Positions 37,282 to 50,836 of a DNA stretch of 64,000 nt are shown piece by piece; position 1 is the first letter of the stretch; every line of letters starts with the position of its first letter. The notes under the pieces are model-generated. The model was given only the letters and a program-made list of their open reading frames with translations, was not told the origin of the DNA and did no database searches. Where the stretch lies: NCBI GenBank assembly GCA_963693365.1, contig CAVNZM010000005.1:9838334-9902333 (forward strand), read 5' to 3'. The DNA is from Amoebidium appalachense. Its lineage: Eukaryota > Protista > Ichthyosporea. The translations under genes were made by a program, and so were the position numbers.

Positions 37282-38917
37282 TCTTCACCCAAGCCGGCAG
37301 CTCGCCGGAACACAAACCAACCCCTGCTTATAATGTATAACTCTAAGCTTGTAACACTGCTTCATAAGAAACAGAACTTGGTCAAAAAGCAAAAGACTTT
37401 GAAAGCCTTGGAAAGCCTTGAGCTCGAGCCATGGAAGAATCATGATGAGCCTGGGTTCCGCAAGGGGGTATTATCAACCAAATAAATTTTGCAAAAGACA
37501 AAATGCATTAATTTTTTTTTCTTTCTTTTGACCGTGTGTGACTGGATTTATTCGACGGAAAGATATGCAAGTATGCACGGCACACTGAGATGACAATAAA
37601 AACTTCACGAGTTATCCAGTAACAAGTGCATCTGAGATACCTGAACACTGTGTGAAAACATATAAATACTCATTGTGACGACCAACAGAATTCAACAAAA
37701 AGTCTAAAGTGTTCGCATTGCCAGCCAGTGTACATGTAGCAGACACCCGTACGCGTAGGGAAAGAGGTAAAACGCGACATAAAAACTCACACCTATCAAC
37801 ATACTTTCGATTAAAAAGTTCAGCACAAAAGTGGCACCCGCGGCGATGGAAACAAGAATTACAACGCCACTGCACAACTTCCCAGGCAATATCAACATCA
37901 GAGCACCATACAGACTTATCTACTAGGGTGGTATCCATACGTACAGCAGGAGAAATGTATCCTGCCAAAGCTCCCAAAAAGCGATAATGATCAGTACAGT
38001 GTTGCCTAAGGAACATAACACATGCCGACTGAGTTTTACCTTTGATTTCTCTCTCAGAACGAGAAAGAAACTTAAACTGCGTATGGTAATAACTCGAAAA
38101 GGCAGAAAAAACAGGAAGAGAAAAGGAAGAGGGAGTGAGATAGCGAGAGGAAGAGTTTGCTGAGGGGGGTTCGTCTGTAGTATATGCTACATCGTACGGA
38201 ATAGTGACGGACCATGCAAACCTCGGGTGTCCTCACCGACTCCTCAGTGTTGCCAAGTGCCCCGACGCCGGGCAGCTGCCGGGCAATTGCCCCGCACGTC
38301 TCGACCTCGTGCAGTCCGTGCGTGAGCTGCGTGCGCGCATGCAGAAGCTAGCCATAAGGCACAGTTGGGAACTTCCGGCTGCAAGGCGCACCTAATACGA
38401 TTCAGGTGCATGTCCCGTGCACACGGCGGTGCATAATACATGTGCATATGTATATGCGCGCGTGACAGTGTGTGCCTGTAGGATTGGGGAAAACAAAATG
38501 CTGTGTACAAGTTGGTGTACTTATGTGCTTCAACAAGTGTGCGCGCACGTCGTGGTGCGTATGCATGCGCTGATAAGCCTTCCGGTTTACTACTGGGCCA
38601 CGGCCCTCAGGGGATAGATGATTCAATCCATCAAGAGATGACCATGGCCTTAACACGATTACAGTTTCAAAGATAACGAGAATAATGGTGAACTTCATAC
38701 AACATTTTTTGCGGCTGGTTGATATTATGAGGGTGGTGGTGACTGGGGTAGGCGGAGGACCTTCATCCAGTTGTTGGTGAGGTACACCTACAGGGCAATA
38801 AACAAGGTGGTCAGTGTGCACCGTACCAACACGGAAGCCTATACGACTGAGGCCTCAGCGGAGTAGGGAACAACGCGAAAAAAAGGGATATCAGATGGGG
38901 TGGGGGTTAGAAGGGGA

Positions 38918-38957
<40 letters not shown>

Positions 38958-39679
38958 AACCTATGCCTGTCAGGTTGTTCTGTGCAAGTTTAGGCAAACA
39001 TGGCCCATGTCCACATGTGCTCAGTGCATCACTGCTTTCTGCTAGCGCTTGCCTATGTATGTCAAAGTGTGCTAATTAGTTTAAATTGTGTGCGTGCTAT
39101 GAGTCCCGATTGCCCAGGTTGGGCCTACTAAATCAAACGATGGATAAGCGACCAGCACCACACAGAACTACGGCCACATGTGGAAACTAATGGGCACATT
39201 CGCTCACATCCACCCATACAATCCTTTTAACCTCAAGGACTGTGAATGCCTGATAAGGTAGAGTGCTTTTTCGCTCGCGAGGTTAACACATAAACAGAGT
39301 TCGAGAAAATAACTCGCTAATTATAAGTTTCGCGAGCCTGGTACCGGTCCACACAAGGAAGTGGTTAACGTTCTCAAGTAGTAGACTGCACCAACGCACA
39401 ACAAACAAGGAAAAAGAAAAGTAGTAGGCAACCATAATTTTTATAAGATTTATTGGACTCGTCAGTAAAGACTCAGAGGCTTCAATCAATTACGTATGAT
39501 AGAATTCTGTAGGAGCTGATAATCATTATGTACATAACGGCCGCGTTCGCCCGAACGAAAGTCATTTGCTCGTTTCCCGTAGCACACCGAATAATGTGTT
39601 GAAAAAATCTTTCCACCTTCCGTGAAGCAATACCAAACTTCTCTTTCGTTTGCTATGCAAGGCTTCAGATGAAAGCTTC

Positions 39680-39717
<38 letters not shown>

Positions 39718-41116
39718 TTTTCTGTCTTTCCCAATCTATTTCCCCCCCCCCCCCCCCCCCCCCTCCCCCCCCTTCCCCCTCGCCTTTTCCCCTCTCTCTT
39801 CCTCTACTATTAGTTCCTCCTCTCTCCTCGAGCTCTCCCCTTTCTCTATGTACTCTACCCCGCCGCCTCAGCCCCTGCCTCTACAAACCGCCAACTTCTG
39901 GCCGCTATAATTACTAACAAAACGTGTGATTCTGTTACCAAGTTGTGCCAAAGTTTTTGTTTATGTGTGTTCCCGCCATTTCCACTAAAGAATGTTTTAC
40001 CGCGCTCTGATGCTCCGCTCTGACTGGCTGAAGATCTTTAGTTGCACTACCCACCAATGAAATCGGTTTGATTACGAGAGGGCCGAGGCTCAGTTTCCCT
40101 TTTTCACGTGAGCCGCTGTCTCTTTCACGGGATCCTCGTTGTTAGCAAAAACAGAAACGGGACCAAATAAGATGTGTTCGAAAGTGTCACACAAAAAGAA
40201 ATATATGATTGCGCAAGATTTGTGCAAAATTTATTTCCTTATAAACTTCTATAAGAAGGTGATTATCGAGGTATCCGCCGATAAGTATCATGCATCAAGT
40301 GACTTGTCACGCGTTCTCATATCATTTGTTAGTTCCTGGTGTTGTTTTTTCCTGTGTTTTTCTTTGGTTTCGTCTTCTTGAAAAGCTGTTTGTAGTTTGG
40401 TTTGGCTCTCCTACATCATAGTTGTGTTTGCGTTCTGAACGAGTTGTTTCTGCTTGTTTTCTTTAGCAGGAGACCCCATCGCTACGCAGGATCTAAAAAA
40501 GGTAGGTGAGAAGGTTTTTTTCGCTTTCGATGACTTAAGCTTGACGAACACAAGACTTTTTGGGGTGCGACCGTGCGAGAGGAAAAGTGCTAGTCACACA
40601 ATCGTCAGGCGGGCCTCCTGTGCGTGGGAGCATGAGCACTTTCTTTCGCACATGTTGCGTGGTACAGATCCACCGTCGTCGCCTAGAGTGTCCTGCTCGA
40701 GCTCTACCCGGTCCCCAATGATCAAGAAAGTTCGGCACACTTGTCACATTGTAATGCATTGAAGCCTCTGGCACGAAGCGAGTGTGCGTGTCTTACAGCT
40801 TGCGACTAATTTTTTTTAGGCATTCATTTACCTTTGATAATTTGATATGTGGAACATCCCAAAGCAGGAATTTTTTTGACAGATGCATCGTAAGAACACG
40901 GAAATCCAACAGAAGGCAAGGGGGAGGTGGGTTCCAATTCGTTCTTTTGCTTTGAAACAATGGTGATTTTTGAAGCTGCGTGGGGCAGTCGTGACAGTTG
41001 TTAATCTATCTCTTTGCCCCGTGCAGACGTTGACATCTGTCTGGGTGATGTGTGCCAGCCTCTTGTAAGGTGGAAACAGTGTGAAGGGACGGCGGTTCCC
41101 AACGAGACTCGGGAGC

Positions 41117-41682
41117 ATGTGGGTGTGGGAATGCGTCCTGTACGTCACCCTGGGCCTGGTTTCCCAGGTCCTGGGCTTTATGCATCGATGTGTTGTCCGG
41201 CTACTCTGCTCGGTCGAAACCATGCAGGTAATTATCCTCTCCCCGGCCTCTCCCCTGTGTGGTCATGACCATGCTGTTCGGTGAGTGTTGTATCATGATT
41301 ATCGGACACTTCCTTTCTCTGTGACTAATGTGCTTCTTCTTCAGAGAAATCTGTGCATGGGACAAACATTCACAGGTTAACGTCTTTGCTTCCGACAGGC
41401 TGAGCATCGGGCCACCTCCGAAGCGCTTAAGCTATACAGAGCCCAGCCGGCATCAGCAACACGTTTTTCGCTGCATACCACCTGGGTGCTACGAAGACAG
41501 GTGCGTCCATGACAGCTGATCCCTTGAAATGTCTTTTTTGGTTTGGACCTTTTCACCATCGTGATATACTTTGTTCTCTAGTTCTTTGTGAGGTCCCCGA
41601 TTTCCCTATTTTTTTATTTTGGCGGGGGGAAGGGGAGGAGGAGGAGGAGGAGGAGATCTCTTTTTTTTTTTTTTTTTTTGGT

Positions 41683-41720
<38 letters not shown>

Positions 41721-42025
41721 CCCTCCCTCCCTGTACCCGGGCACCACCCAAGACAACCACGGACACTTGCGAGTGCAGATATTGTTAATTACAAATATTG
41801 CTAGACTACAATCCGTGGGAAGTGGAATATCTATATGTTGGATGCTCTAGACGTTGCTTCACAGTTTTTTCAATGTTGTATCTCCAGCCTTCTGTTTTAC
41901 GCTTTCTGCCTTGATATTCGCAAACAGGCATGTCTGTATTCAATCATGGAGTCTAATGCCTGCACATTTAAAGTTTCCCTTAGAATGGCACATTTACCTT
42001 TCTTTGGTGGGTGTGTGTGTGTGTG

Positions 42026-42063
<38 letters not shown>

Positions 42064-43886
42064 CGAACGTTAAACGTGTCGTAGTCACTGTGTCTAATTT
42101 ACATTTGGGTATGTGTACATGTGTATGTGGGGTTTTTGCTGACTTTTAGCTGTGGTTTTGATTTTTTATTTGTTTTGTTTTGTTGTTTTTTTTTCTTCTT
42201 GGGGTAAAAAACAAGGTGTTTGTATGTGTTTTTTTTTTTTGTGGGGGGGGGGGGGGGGGGGGGGGGGGGTATGGATGGAATTTTAGGAATATTAAGAGGG
42301 TATGGAACCAAAAAAGTAACAAAGTTGTCTATAACAGGTGCAAGAGACGGTTCTTCTCGGACTGTGTCTCCTTGCCACGTCATGGCTGGTGGTGGTGCGA
42401 AACATCATCTCCACGGTCGGAAGCAGCACGGGGGCAATAACAAACCACTCGCACAACCAATCACAACAGCAACAACACGCGCCCGGTACACCGCCCACGA
42501 ATCAACAGCAGCTATGCGTTTTTGAGCAGCAAATCGCGGAGCTCCGATGGGAACGGGAGCGTCTGATTGGTCAGTTGGAGGAGGCGAGGCAGCAGAGAAT
42601 GGAAGCAGTGACGGAGGCACAGCAGCAGTACGCGTCCGTTAGAAGCCAGTGCACACTTTTGTCGCACGCGTTGGACGGGAAGGAGCGGGAGATCGACGAG
42701 ATGCAGGATCGGATCGCACAATCGGAGAAATCGGCGGAGGCACAGAGGCAGGAACTGAACCAACAGATTACACAGTTGAGGGAGCAGCTTGCGACGCAAC
42801 AGCAACTTTTGCAGGTGCACGCGAGCACGGCGCTTTTCACGCCATACCACAACATGATTACCCCGAGAATGCAGAACGGAGGAGGGGAGGAGGGAACGGA
42901 GAACACACAACACGTGCAGAGAAACACGCCGTCGGGCGCGGAGGCGGTGATGGACATGGGGTCGTACCTGCGCGGGGCGGGTTTGGTCCCAGGGATGTGC
43001 GGGAGAGAGTCGATGAACGTGTTTGCGTCGGGTTCATATCCAGGCGCGGGCCACCAGAGTCATTTGTTCAGGCGTGCAACGGCGCCGTCTCTGGGTGGCG
43101 ATGTGGACAGGCGCTCGTTCGGGAAACCGGCAAAGGTAAGATTTTCATTATGCTGTGAATTTCTGTAAATGGAATCCTTTTTTTGGTTGGTTTGGGTGTA
43201 TTATGACTTGTGAGTGAATAGGGTTATCATGTGGGTTAGGGAAAGCGTCAATGTGAGATAGAGGGAAATGAGGGGTTGTGAGAGCCTGAGGGCCCCCCCG
43301 CCCCCCCCCCCCCCCGGGGGGGGGGGGGGGGGGGGGGGGGGATTTCGCTTGGATGGAGAATGCATTGCATTGTGTGTCAGGACGGTATGCGCATATGCGC
43401 AGTCTATTTGCATGTGTGCCCATTTTGCCTGTGTGTGTAGTGTGTTTCACATGTGTCCGTGTGCCACGTGTTTTTATAGTGTTTATCATGTTGGGGGGGG
43501 GGGGGAGATGGCTTCATTCGGAGTAAAGTGAATGTGTGTGAAGTGTTTAAATCCCCGTGGTCTGGTAGTGGTAGTGTTGTGTGTGTGTATGTGTTTGTTT
43601 GTTTGTTTGTTTGTTTTTTTTGGGGGGGGGCTGTGAGAGCCGGAATCCCACAGGGTTTTTTGTTTGTTTGTTTGTTTTTTTTTTTTTTGGGGGGGGGGGG
43701 GGGGGGGATTTTCAAGGTTAATTGATTCGATGTTGTTCTTCGTGTAGAACTAGACATGTTGCTAATCTTTGTTGCTTTTCCCCACAGCAGACTTTCGTTA
43801 CCGCACTGAACATTGCGCCCTATCCTCCAGCGGCATCTACGCCCGTGAATGACCATTTCGACTCGGGGGAGATCAGCCCGGATTGA
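41117..43886 (+). CDS. Hypothetical protein with hydrophobic N-terminal segments and a central coiled coil, ~369 aa
   Basis: Phase-0 exons 41117-41227, 41399-41500, 42338-43135, 43788-43886 (NAGNAG acceptor). E/Q/R-rich heptads (EQQIAELRWERERLIGQLEEARQQ...). Start codon uncertain. Confidence 0.7.
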
Positions 43887-44846
43887 GTTGGCCTGAGTTT
43901 CTGGGTTTTTGGCTTAGTGATTTGGAGAAGCAGTTGGAATGTATGAAGTATTCGATGCATCATATATGAGCATATTCTCGAAATGCAGTGTGCCTAGCCT
44001 TATTAATGCGCGAATGTTTTGCCCATCCTGAATGCGGATGAAATGCAATATATGCACACATTTATGTCATGTCATTTGAAAGAAATTCTAGAAAAGGACT
44101 AAGTGCGACGAAACAACGTTTGAAGGTTTACAAATTAATTTTTGGACTTGTGGTTGACTTTTGTTAATGATTGATCCCCGACGGCGTGTAAAAATATTTC
44201 ACTGATAGCAAAGTGTAACGTTCTGATATGCAGCAATTATGTCGATTTCTGTTGATTGCATGTGGGATATCGTATGAACATGTGTGGGTTTTCGTATTCG
44301 AGGCAGCTCCACCGTTGCACCTCTCTATGTTCAAAGTTTATTATACAGTTTGAATCGGCGTGAGCTCTGTTGTATATGATATCCCCGAGCCTCGGAGGAT
44401 TTGTGGTTTCCTGGTGAAATCACGAGGTTTCTGATGAAAGACTGGTTGACACTCGTACGAAGCTAGGAAGGTTTGTCTGTTGAGTGTGTCACATGTACAT
44501 TGGTTCCAGCATGACCGGTGGTGCTGAAAAATTCGGAACTGCACACGCCCGTACCGTACCGCCACACACAGACATCCACACGTGAGCATGCACATTCACA
44601 TTGATAATAAGCTTAACGGACCGCCCACATGACACGGTACAGCTGGTACCCAGTTGCAACCTATCCACAACAAACGCACACCACTTTAATATGATGCACC
44701 GTGTATACCTTGATCATGGACAATGAGCGCACATGGCACGTATACCTACCATGTCTAGATCTCCTCGCACCCGCTCACAAAATATGTACACACACAGTGA
44801 TAAACAGACTTTTACACAGTGACACATGTGCATGCACACATTCTTA

Positions 44847-44938
<92 letters not shown>

Positions 44939-45847
44939 GAAAACGCTTCACACTATCATCTACTATCTCTGGAGACGGCACTCCACTTATTAGCTAGAAG
45001 GGCGGCACTGTAAGCTAGCTTTCCTCTATCTATCGTGTCACTAAACTAAGGCACATGGTGTTGGCACACAGACTATTAATAAAGTCTTCAAACTATTGAG
45101 TCGTCACTCAAACCCTTATTATCCCGCGCTGTCTCGTGTCTGCAGCAATACACAAGTACGACAGCTAGTGACTGCAACCTAACACTAACGTAGCTAAGGT
45201 GATCAAGCTTATCCATGGAAAGGTGCTGAATGCAAGTGTGTGTGACGGCACACACACACTGACCATCACAAGTGTCGGGGGTGACCTACAAATGACGGCA
45301 CACTCGTATTTAATGACTGTCGAGCCCAGAGCTACTGTCCAGACAGTAGCTGCTTATATACGAAGGCAAGTACACTTGTGCTCTCTTTTGTGGTCCTGGT
45401 GCTCTCGGGAACTTCACCAGAATCTAACCAGATCCAGCCCGGGATCTAGGTGGTACGTAGCTAGCCAATCGGAGCTAACAACGGTGCGGGCAGAGCCCCT
45501 AGTGGCCATGATCGGAGCCCGGTTAGCCGGACACAATCTGATCGGATAGCCAAGTGACTAAGATCTAGAAACACACGTATTTACACAGATCTCTCTAACA
45601 AAACCAAAAACACCTAAAATAGAACTAAGGAGTGAGTGAGATATCATTACACACATTATTTATTTTGACAACACACACACACACACACACACACACTGAC
45701 ACCCACGCCGGCTCCGAGCTTTCGTTTGGAGCTCTCCTCTCCGTCTCTCGAGCTCCAGCTCTCTTCTTTCTCTTTATCGAGCTCTCCAGCGCTTGAAATC
45801 ATGATCTCTATGCGACTATGTATTATCAACCGTGACTCTCTGAGTCC

Positions 45848-46153
<306 letters not shown>

Positions 46154-46943
46154 ATGGTCAATGCACACTTCCACGTGTCATGTTGGCGCATAAAAATGAT
46201 ATGGCCGCATGTGACTTGCCAAGTTGCATGGACCAACTTCACACTTCATTCACAGTTTGACTTCGAGCAATTTCCGAGCGTCGGACTTCAATTCAAGTCA
46301 ACGGACTTCAAACATTACAGTAGTAGTAGTCTTCAAGACCGACATGAAGCTTCAGCCAATCAAAACCTATGTAAACAAACTTTAAGCGTTTTGATGCGAC
46401 CATTATCAGTGCAGCACCTTATTAGAATGAGAGGTGCAAATTCCATCGAAGATTTGATTGGTTACAATCCGCTGATTTTGCCGGCATTATATCGGGGCTG
46501 CAGGCGCTATTTTGGACCTATTAAATCACTATTGGCCATGATTTTTGTTCATGGCATTGAAAAATAATAACATAACTATCAAGACGATCTTTTTTGTAGC
46601 CTGTTCCGGCCTTTAGGGCTTCCAAACATGTACGCTTTCAACCGCGTCGAATTCCATAGATCTAATCCTGTTCGATTGGATGAAGATCACGTACGATCCG
46701 GTGGGCCCGAATTAGGCTCTCTGATTGGCTGAAGATCCATGTCGGACTCGGGGCCACCCACTGGCTTACGTATGTGGCCGGGCCGCACTACATACTAGTG
46801 TCACCTAAGGCAACATAAAAATAATAAAAATAAATAAATAAATAAAAGGCCGCAGGGAAGACAGCACTGCAGAGTGACTATTTTGACATGGGCAATGCCG
46901 CAACAACAATTCACGGTCAGTTCGAGTTCGACCGGGGCTGCAG

Positions 46944-47772
46944 CTGGTTCGATTCGTGTGAAAAGCCAGATTGCCAGATTGCCAGAATGCCAGAATTTTG
47001 ATGGCATTCCAGAAAGGCTAGATTTCGGTCCGGTTCTTGTAGAGCTAATATCTAGCTTTTTGGGTCAAGAAGGCACTTGCCATTTTGCGCGGTAATAGAA
47101 TATCTTGGCTTATCTTAATGAACAATAATAGTTTTGAAATATTATTTAAATAATTTTTATTTTGTTAAATGGGCATTTATTACCAAGTTTTATGCATTTT
47201 TGAAAAGCTATACTAATAAGGCAAAACGCCTAGGATTGGATACGAACTTTATATGGTGCTGGCGTGGCCAATCGTAAGGCGCAGGGTCAATCTGGCAATC
47301 TGGAAAGGGGGGGGGGGGGGGTCGCCATATCCGTTTTAAGATGACTATCCTAGATCACCTTATTAATGCTGCACAGTATGATATTGTGATCCGGTGCCTT
47401 AACTTTCTGTCGGAGCTACCGATGCTAGCATCTGCTTACCCATAATAGTATGTAATAGGGGTGTCAGATACTACGATGGCGCTCATTGTTGCCTAGCATG
47501 TACATATGTCACTGGCTGCATTTGATTGGCTGTGCTGGAAAACGCAGTAGGCCGTCGAATGTGGCTGGGCCTCCGGCAATGTCCACGCAATAAAAAGTGT
47601 GTAAACCCTCGCCAGATTCTGGAATCTGGAAGAGGGGTCAAATTGAATCTGGCATTAAAATTTTGTTTAAAATTTACGTTCCGATTCGATTGATCGACGA
47701 ATAACCATTTTTGGCGAGGCGGTTTTTAATCTGGCAATCTGGCGATCTGGCTTTTGACACGAATCGAACCAG
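46944..47772. mobile_element. MITE (~830 bp) with ~43-bp TIRs and 8-bp GCCAGATT subterminal repeats
   Basis: Left CTGGTTCGATTCGTGTGAAAAGCCAGATTGCCAGATTGCCAGA; right TCTGGCAATCTGGCGATCTGGCTTTTGACACGAATCGAACCAG (2 mismatches). Internal AATCTGG copies at ~47289, ~47624, ~47646. No clear TSD. Confidence 0.8.
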
Positions 47773-48433
47773 TGTACACTCAGGGAGTGACCGCCTGACC
47801 GGGTGACTTGACGTCAAGGTTTCAACCAATCGGATGCTACGTAGCTACGTCATCGCCATCGGTCACGCTGCATTCCAATGATCCTTTTCAACAACCCCCA
47901 ATACACATTCCAGTGCTCTAGAGTTTGCCGAATGCCAACCATCTGTGCCCTTCATGATGTACATATATTGATGTTCCTGGGTATACACCATGATAAAGCG
48001 CATTTTGCAGATGGTAAAAGCAACGCTATAGAATAATATCTTATAAAACTAATATATAAAAACGGTATTTTATACAAATCTGCTCAATATTCCTGTTGCG
48101 GGCTGACCTGGTGACAAGGGGCAGACTACCCAGTGCCCACTCCGGAATCCGGATCCCGGAGGCACCGGCTTTGGGGGTCCCAAACGTTGGCAAAATTCTT
48201 AATTTTCTGCACTTACACATTGTCAGTGAGTCACATTAATCGATTTCAGAAAGGTTTAAAGTTGTTGTAAATGTATCAATAGTACTAAATATGAACCTTT
48301 GATTTCATAGTTGGCTGAAGACCTTCAGTAGGTGTTGACTTGAGCCACAGGATTATTTTGAAAAAATGTTTAGATACGTGGGTCACATGCAAAAGTCTGG
48401 GGTCTAACATCCAATTGAATCGCCGGATCCGCC

Positions 48434-50432
48434 GGCCTTATGAAAATATCCCAATTATCACGGTGATATTCAGGAGTGTCCTGGATACCTGATATATCTC
48501 ATGGTATTCAGGTCCAGCTTGGGATGTATCCCGTGATATTCGGGGAGGGGGCGCAAAAAGATATATCTTTTGGTATCCACCGAAGCGTGATAAATCCTCG
48601 GCCAAGGAGCACGGCCATCTAGAGTCTCTAGATGGCCGTGGCCAAGGAGCAAGATTTATCCGGCCCTTTTTGTTAATGTTATCTATAAGAAATGGCCATG
48701 TGGGGGACCTTACGGGCGAGATTTGATCTTGGTGAACGTCAAACAACCAATGCAAACAAACAGATTATTTCCAAAATCATAGTCTTAGCCATAAATGGGC
48801 AATTTTATCGGGAATTAGCCAATTATGCACCACTTGCACCTCCCCAGGGAGCAAACATTTCTCAAACAAAACAAAGCCATGAATTTTAGTATTGATTTTA
48901 AATTTAATAATATACATGATGAAGCTGAGGCAAAGCTTATGGTTGTACAATACGGTGCATGAACAAGTACATATGCCGCATAGTGAACTTTGATATGCAA
49001 TGTATCAGCGTGTTCATGTAGTATACGCACATAGCATGCATATGCATATGCCATGGCCAGTTCAACACCAGCTCATCTGCATCCTCTGACAGCGCTGATG
49101 AGGCATGCACATAAATTTGCAATTGGCCGGCCACATACAAATACTAATGGCTTAGCTTTGTAAAAGCAGAGTTATACATTGCCTAAGTTCTGTAAAAGGG
49201 ACTCACAGCAGAAAGGTATATTTGGGCGTATACTTTGCCTTTGGTGAGAGATATACGTACGATAGGTTTGCCCAAAAGGCTAATTTGGCCGGGATACTTG
49301 TGGATGATAATCAGGGGCTTGACGGGAAACTTTTGATATCATACCTTTTGATTTCCATGGACGTTTTCGGGATATGTTGTAATGATACTCGGGGCGCTCT
49401 CAGAAAAAAAAAAGGGGAATATTCAGGTGGACTAAGACTTCACTTTTACTTCGATCTCTTAGCAGCTGTCACGTCAACTTTTTTTTTCCCGATTCTTCAC
49501 CATGGCAGGTATATAAAGGCTTTCGTTTTTTCTTTTTGTGGTGGGAAGGGGTCCCACTCAGGGGAACGTGACACTGTGTGTGTGTAGTGCGGCCTTGTCT
49601 ATTCCTACTGCTGTGAGAGTGTGGGGACATCTCCCAGTACGTGGAGTTTCTCGCTAGAGGAGTGGTTTCTTCGACATCTGGTGGCCCACTTGGCAACTTA
49701 CGGTAACTTCTACACACTATCTACGCTTCTACGCGAGCTATTGGCGGTGGGCTGCTGCAACTTCTTCAACTGCTTCTGCGCTGCGTGAGTGGAGAGGTAG
49801 CTACTGGGTCGTCGAGGAGCTTTCCTTGTGGCTGCCGTTTTTTCAGCCTTCAGCAGTATGGCAATGACTGGGTTTGCTTGCATGCATTCTGTAGTTGTGT
49901 TTTCCTGTGTGTCCTGCCACAACTAGGCCACCTTATCAAAGAGTTAGAGACAGCTTCTGCGGGTTTTCTAGGGGTCGGGCCCGTGGGGATTGTTTTCTCG
50001 CTCGGATTTGGTCTGCATTGCTCTTTAAAGGGCTGACTTGCTTGCTGTGCCCCGGTAGGTTTTGAGGGGGGCCTGACAGTGGGGGGCAGCAATAATGATG
50101 TCTTCTTGCGGAGTGTGGCCTGGTCTTCATCGCTGCATATGACTAGTTGGAGCAAATTAGTTTCACGCATACACGTGCACTTGTACCTTTGCCCGCTGGT
50201 GTCCTTTGGTCACTTGTTCTGTTTAATTTTATTATTTCATCGCTGTGGCTCTTTCGAAGTCGGTTATTTTGGTGGTCATGTAGCTTGTGGCTGCACGTTG
50301 CCTTCATATCCACTGGACCACTGATCAATAGATCCCAGTCAAGATAAAAAAATATTCAGGGGCTAAGGCGATATTTTCGTGATATATCCCGGTTGATACT
50401 CAGGGCGAAAAACAGGATATTTTCATAAGGCC
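48434..50432. mobile_element. Non-autonomous TIR DNA transposon (possibly PIF/Harbinger-like) carrying a nested retroposon
   Basis: Perfect 18-bp TIR GGCCTTATGAAAATATCC at 48434-48451 and its reverse complement at 50415-50432. Repeated GATATTCAGG/GATACTCAGGG subterminal motifs. Right end reads GGCCC|TAA; left TSD not preserved. Confidence 0.75.
49437..50350 (+). mobile_element. ~0.9-kb retroposon, copy 2 (uninterrupted)
   Basis: Reverse-complement homolog of 12851-14317 minus the SINE. A-rich 3' end. Flanked by imperfect direct repeats AATATTCAGGTGGACTAAG / AATATTCAGGGGCTAAG. Confidence 0.8.
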
Positions 50433-50748
50433 CTAACGCAGACGCCGAGTTGGCAATGCGGCTGATTTTGGGCAGGCAGCAGGGATTAAAGGTTGTAGTG
50501 CCTGAACTTATAACTTCTGTAGTCAGTTGATTCAGGTTTATTTCACTTTATAATTGAATTAAAGTTTTCAAAAAGCATTTATATCACCAACCTCGAGGAC
50601 CGTACAAGCCAGTTACGAGGACCCGTGGTGCCACTGGTGTGCCCGTGCCCATCAGAATCGCAAACCCTGGCAATGCCTAATCAAAGATAGGCATATGAAT
50701 GGTTTATATCACACATTGCTTTTACCGCCAATTTATTCGATTAGGTTT

Positions 50749-50773
50749 TGACGTCATGCCATCAGCTATATAA
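50749..50773 (+). promoter_or_regulatory. CRE-like TGACGTCA plus TATA box upstream of PDZ gene 1
   Basis: TGACGTCA 50749-50756 and TATATAA 50767-50773, ~65 nt before the ATG. Confidence 0.5.
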
Positions 50774-50836
50774 GGGCCATCGCTCTCACTTTCGTCTCAA
50801 CTGAAACTTTTGAGGTTTCTGTGACAATGACGGGAA

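Noticed and set aside
37612-38870. Possible gene or in-frame TGA readthrough upstream of LUC7
   Set aside because: No coherent exon chain or domain could be assembled
44487-45670. Solo LTR candidates (TGTCA...GACA with AATAAA)
   Set aside because: No matching TSD for any pair of ends, and no PBS or internal domains
50480-50669. Small CAGGGATT...AAACCCTG hAT-like element
   Set aside because: TIR short and imperfect; 8-bp flanks do not match
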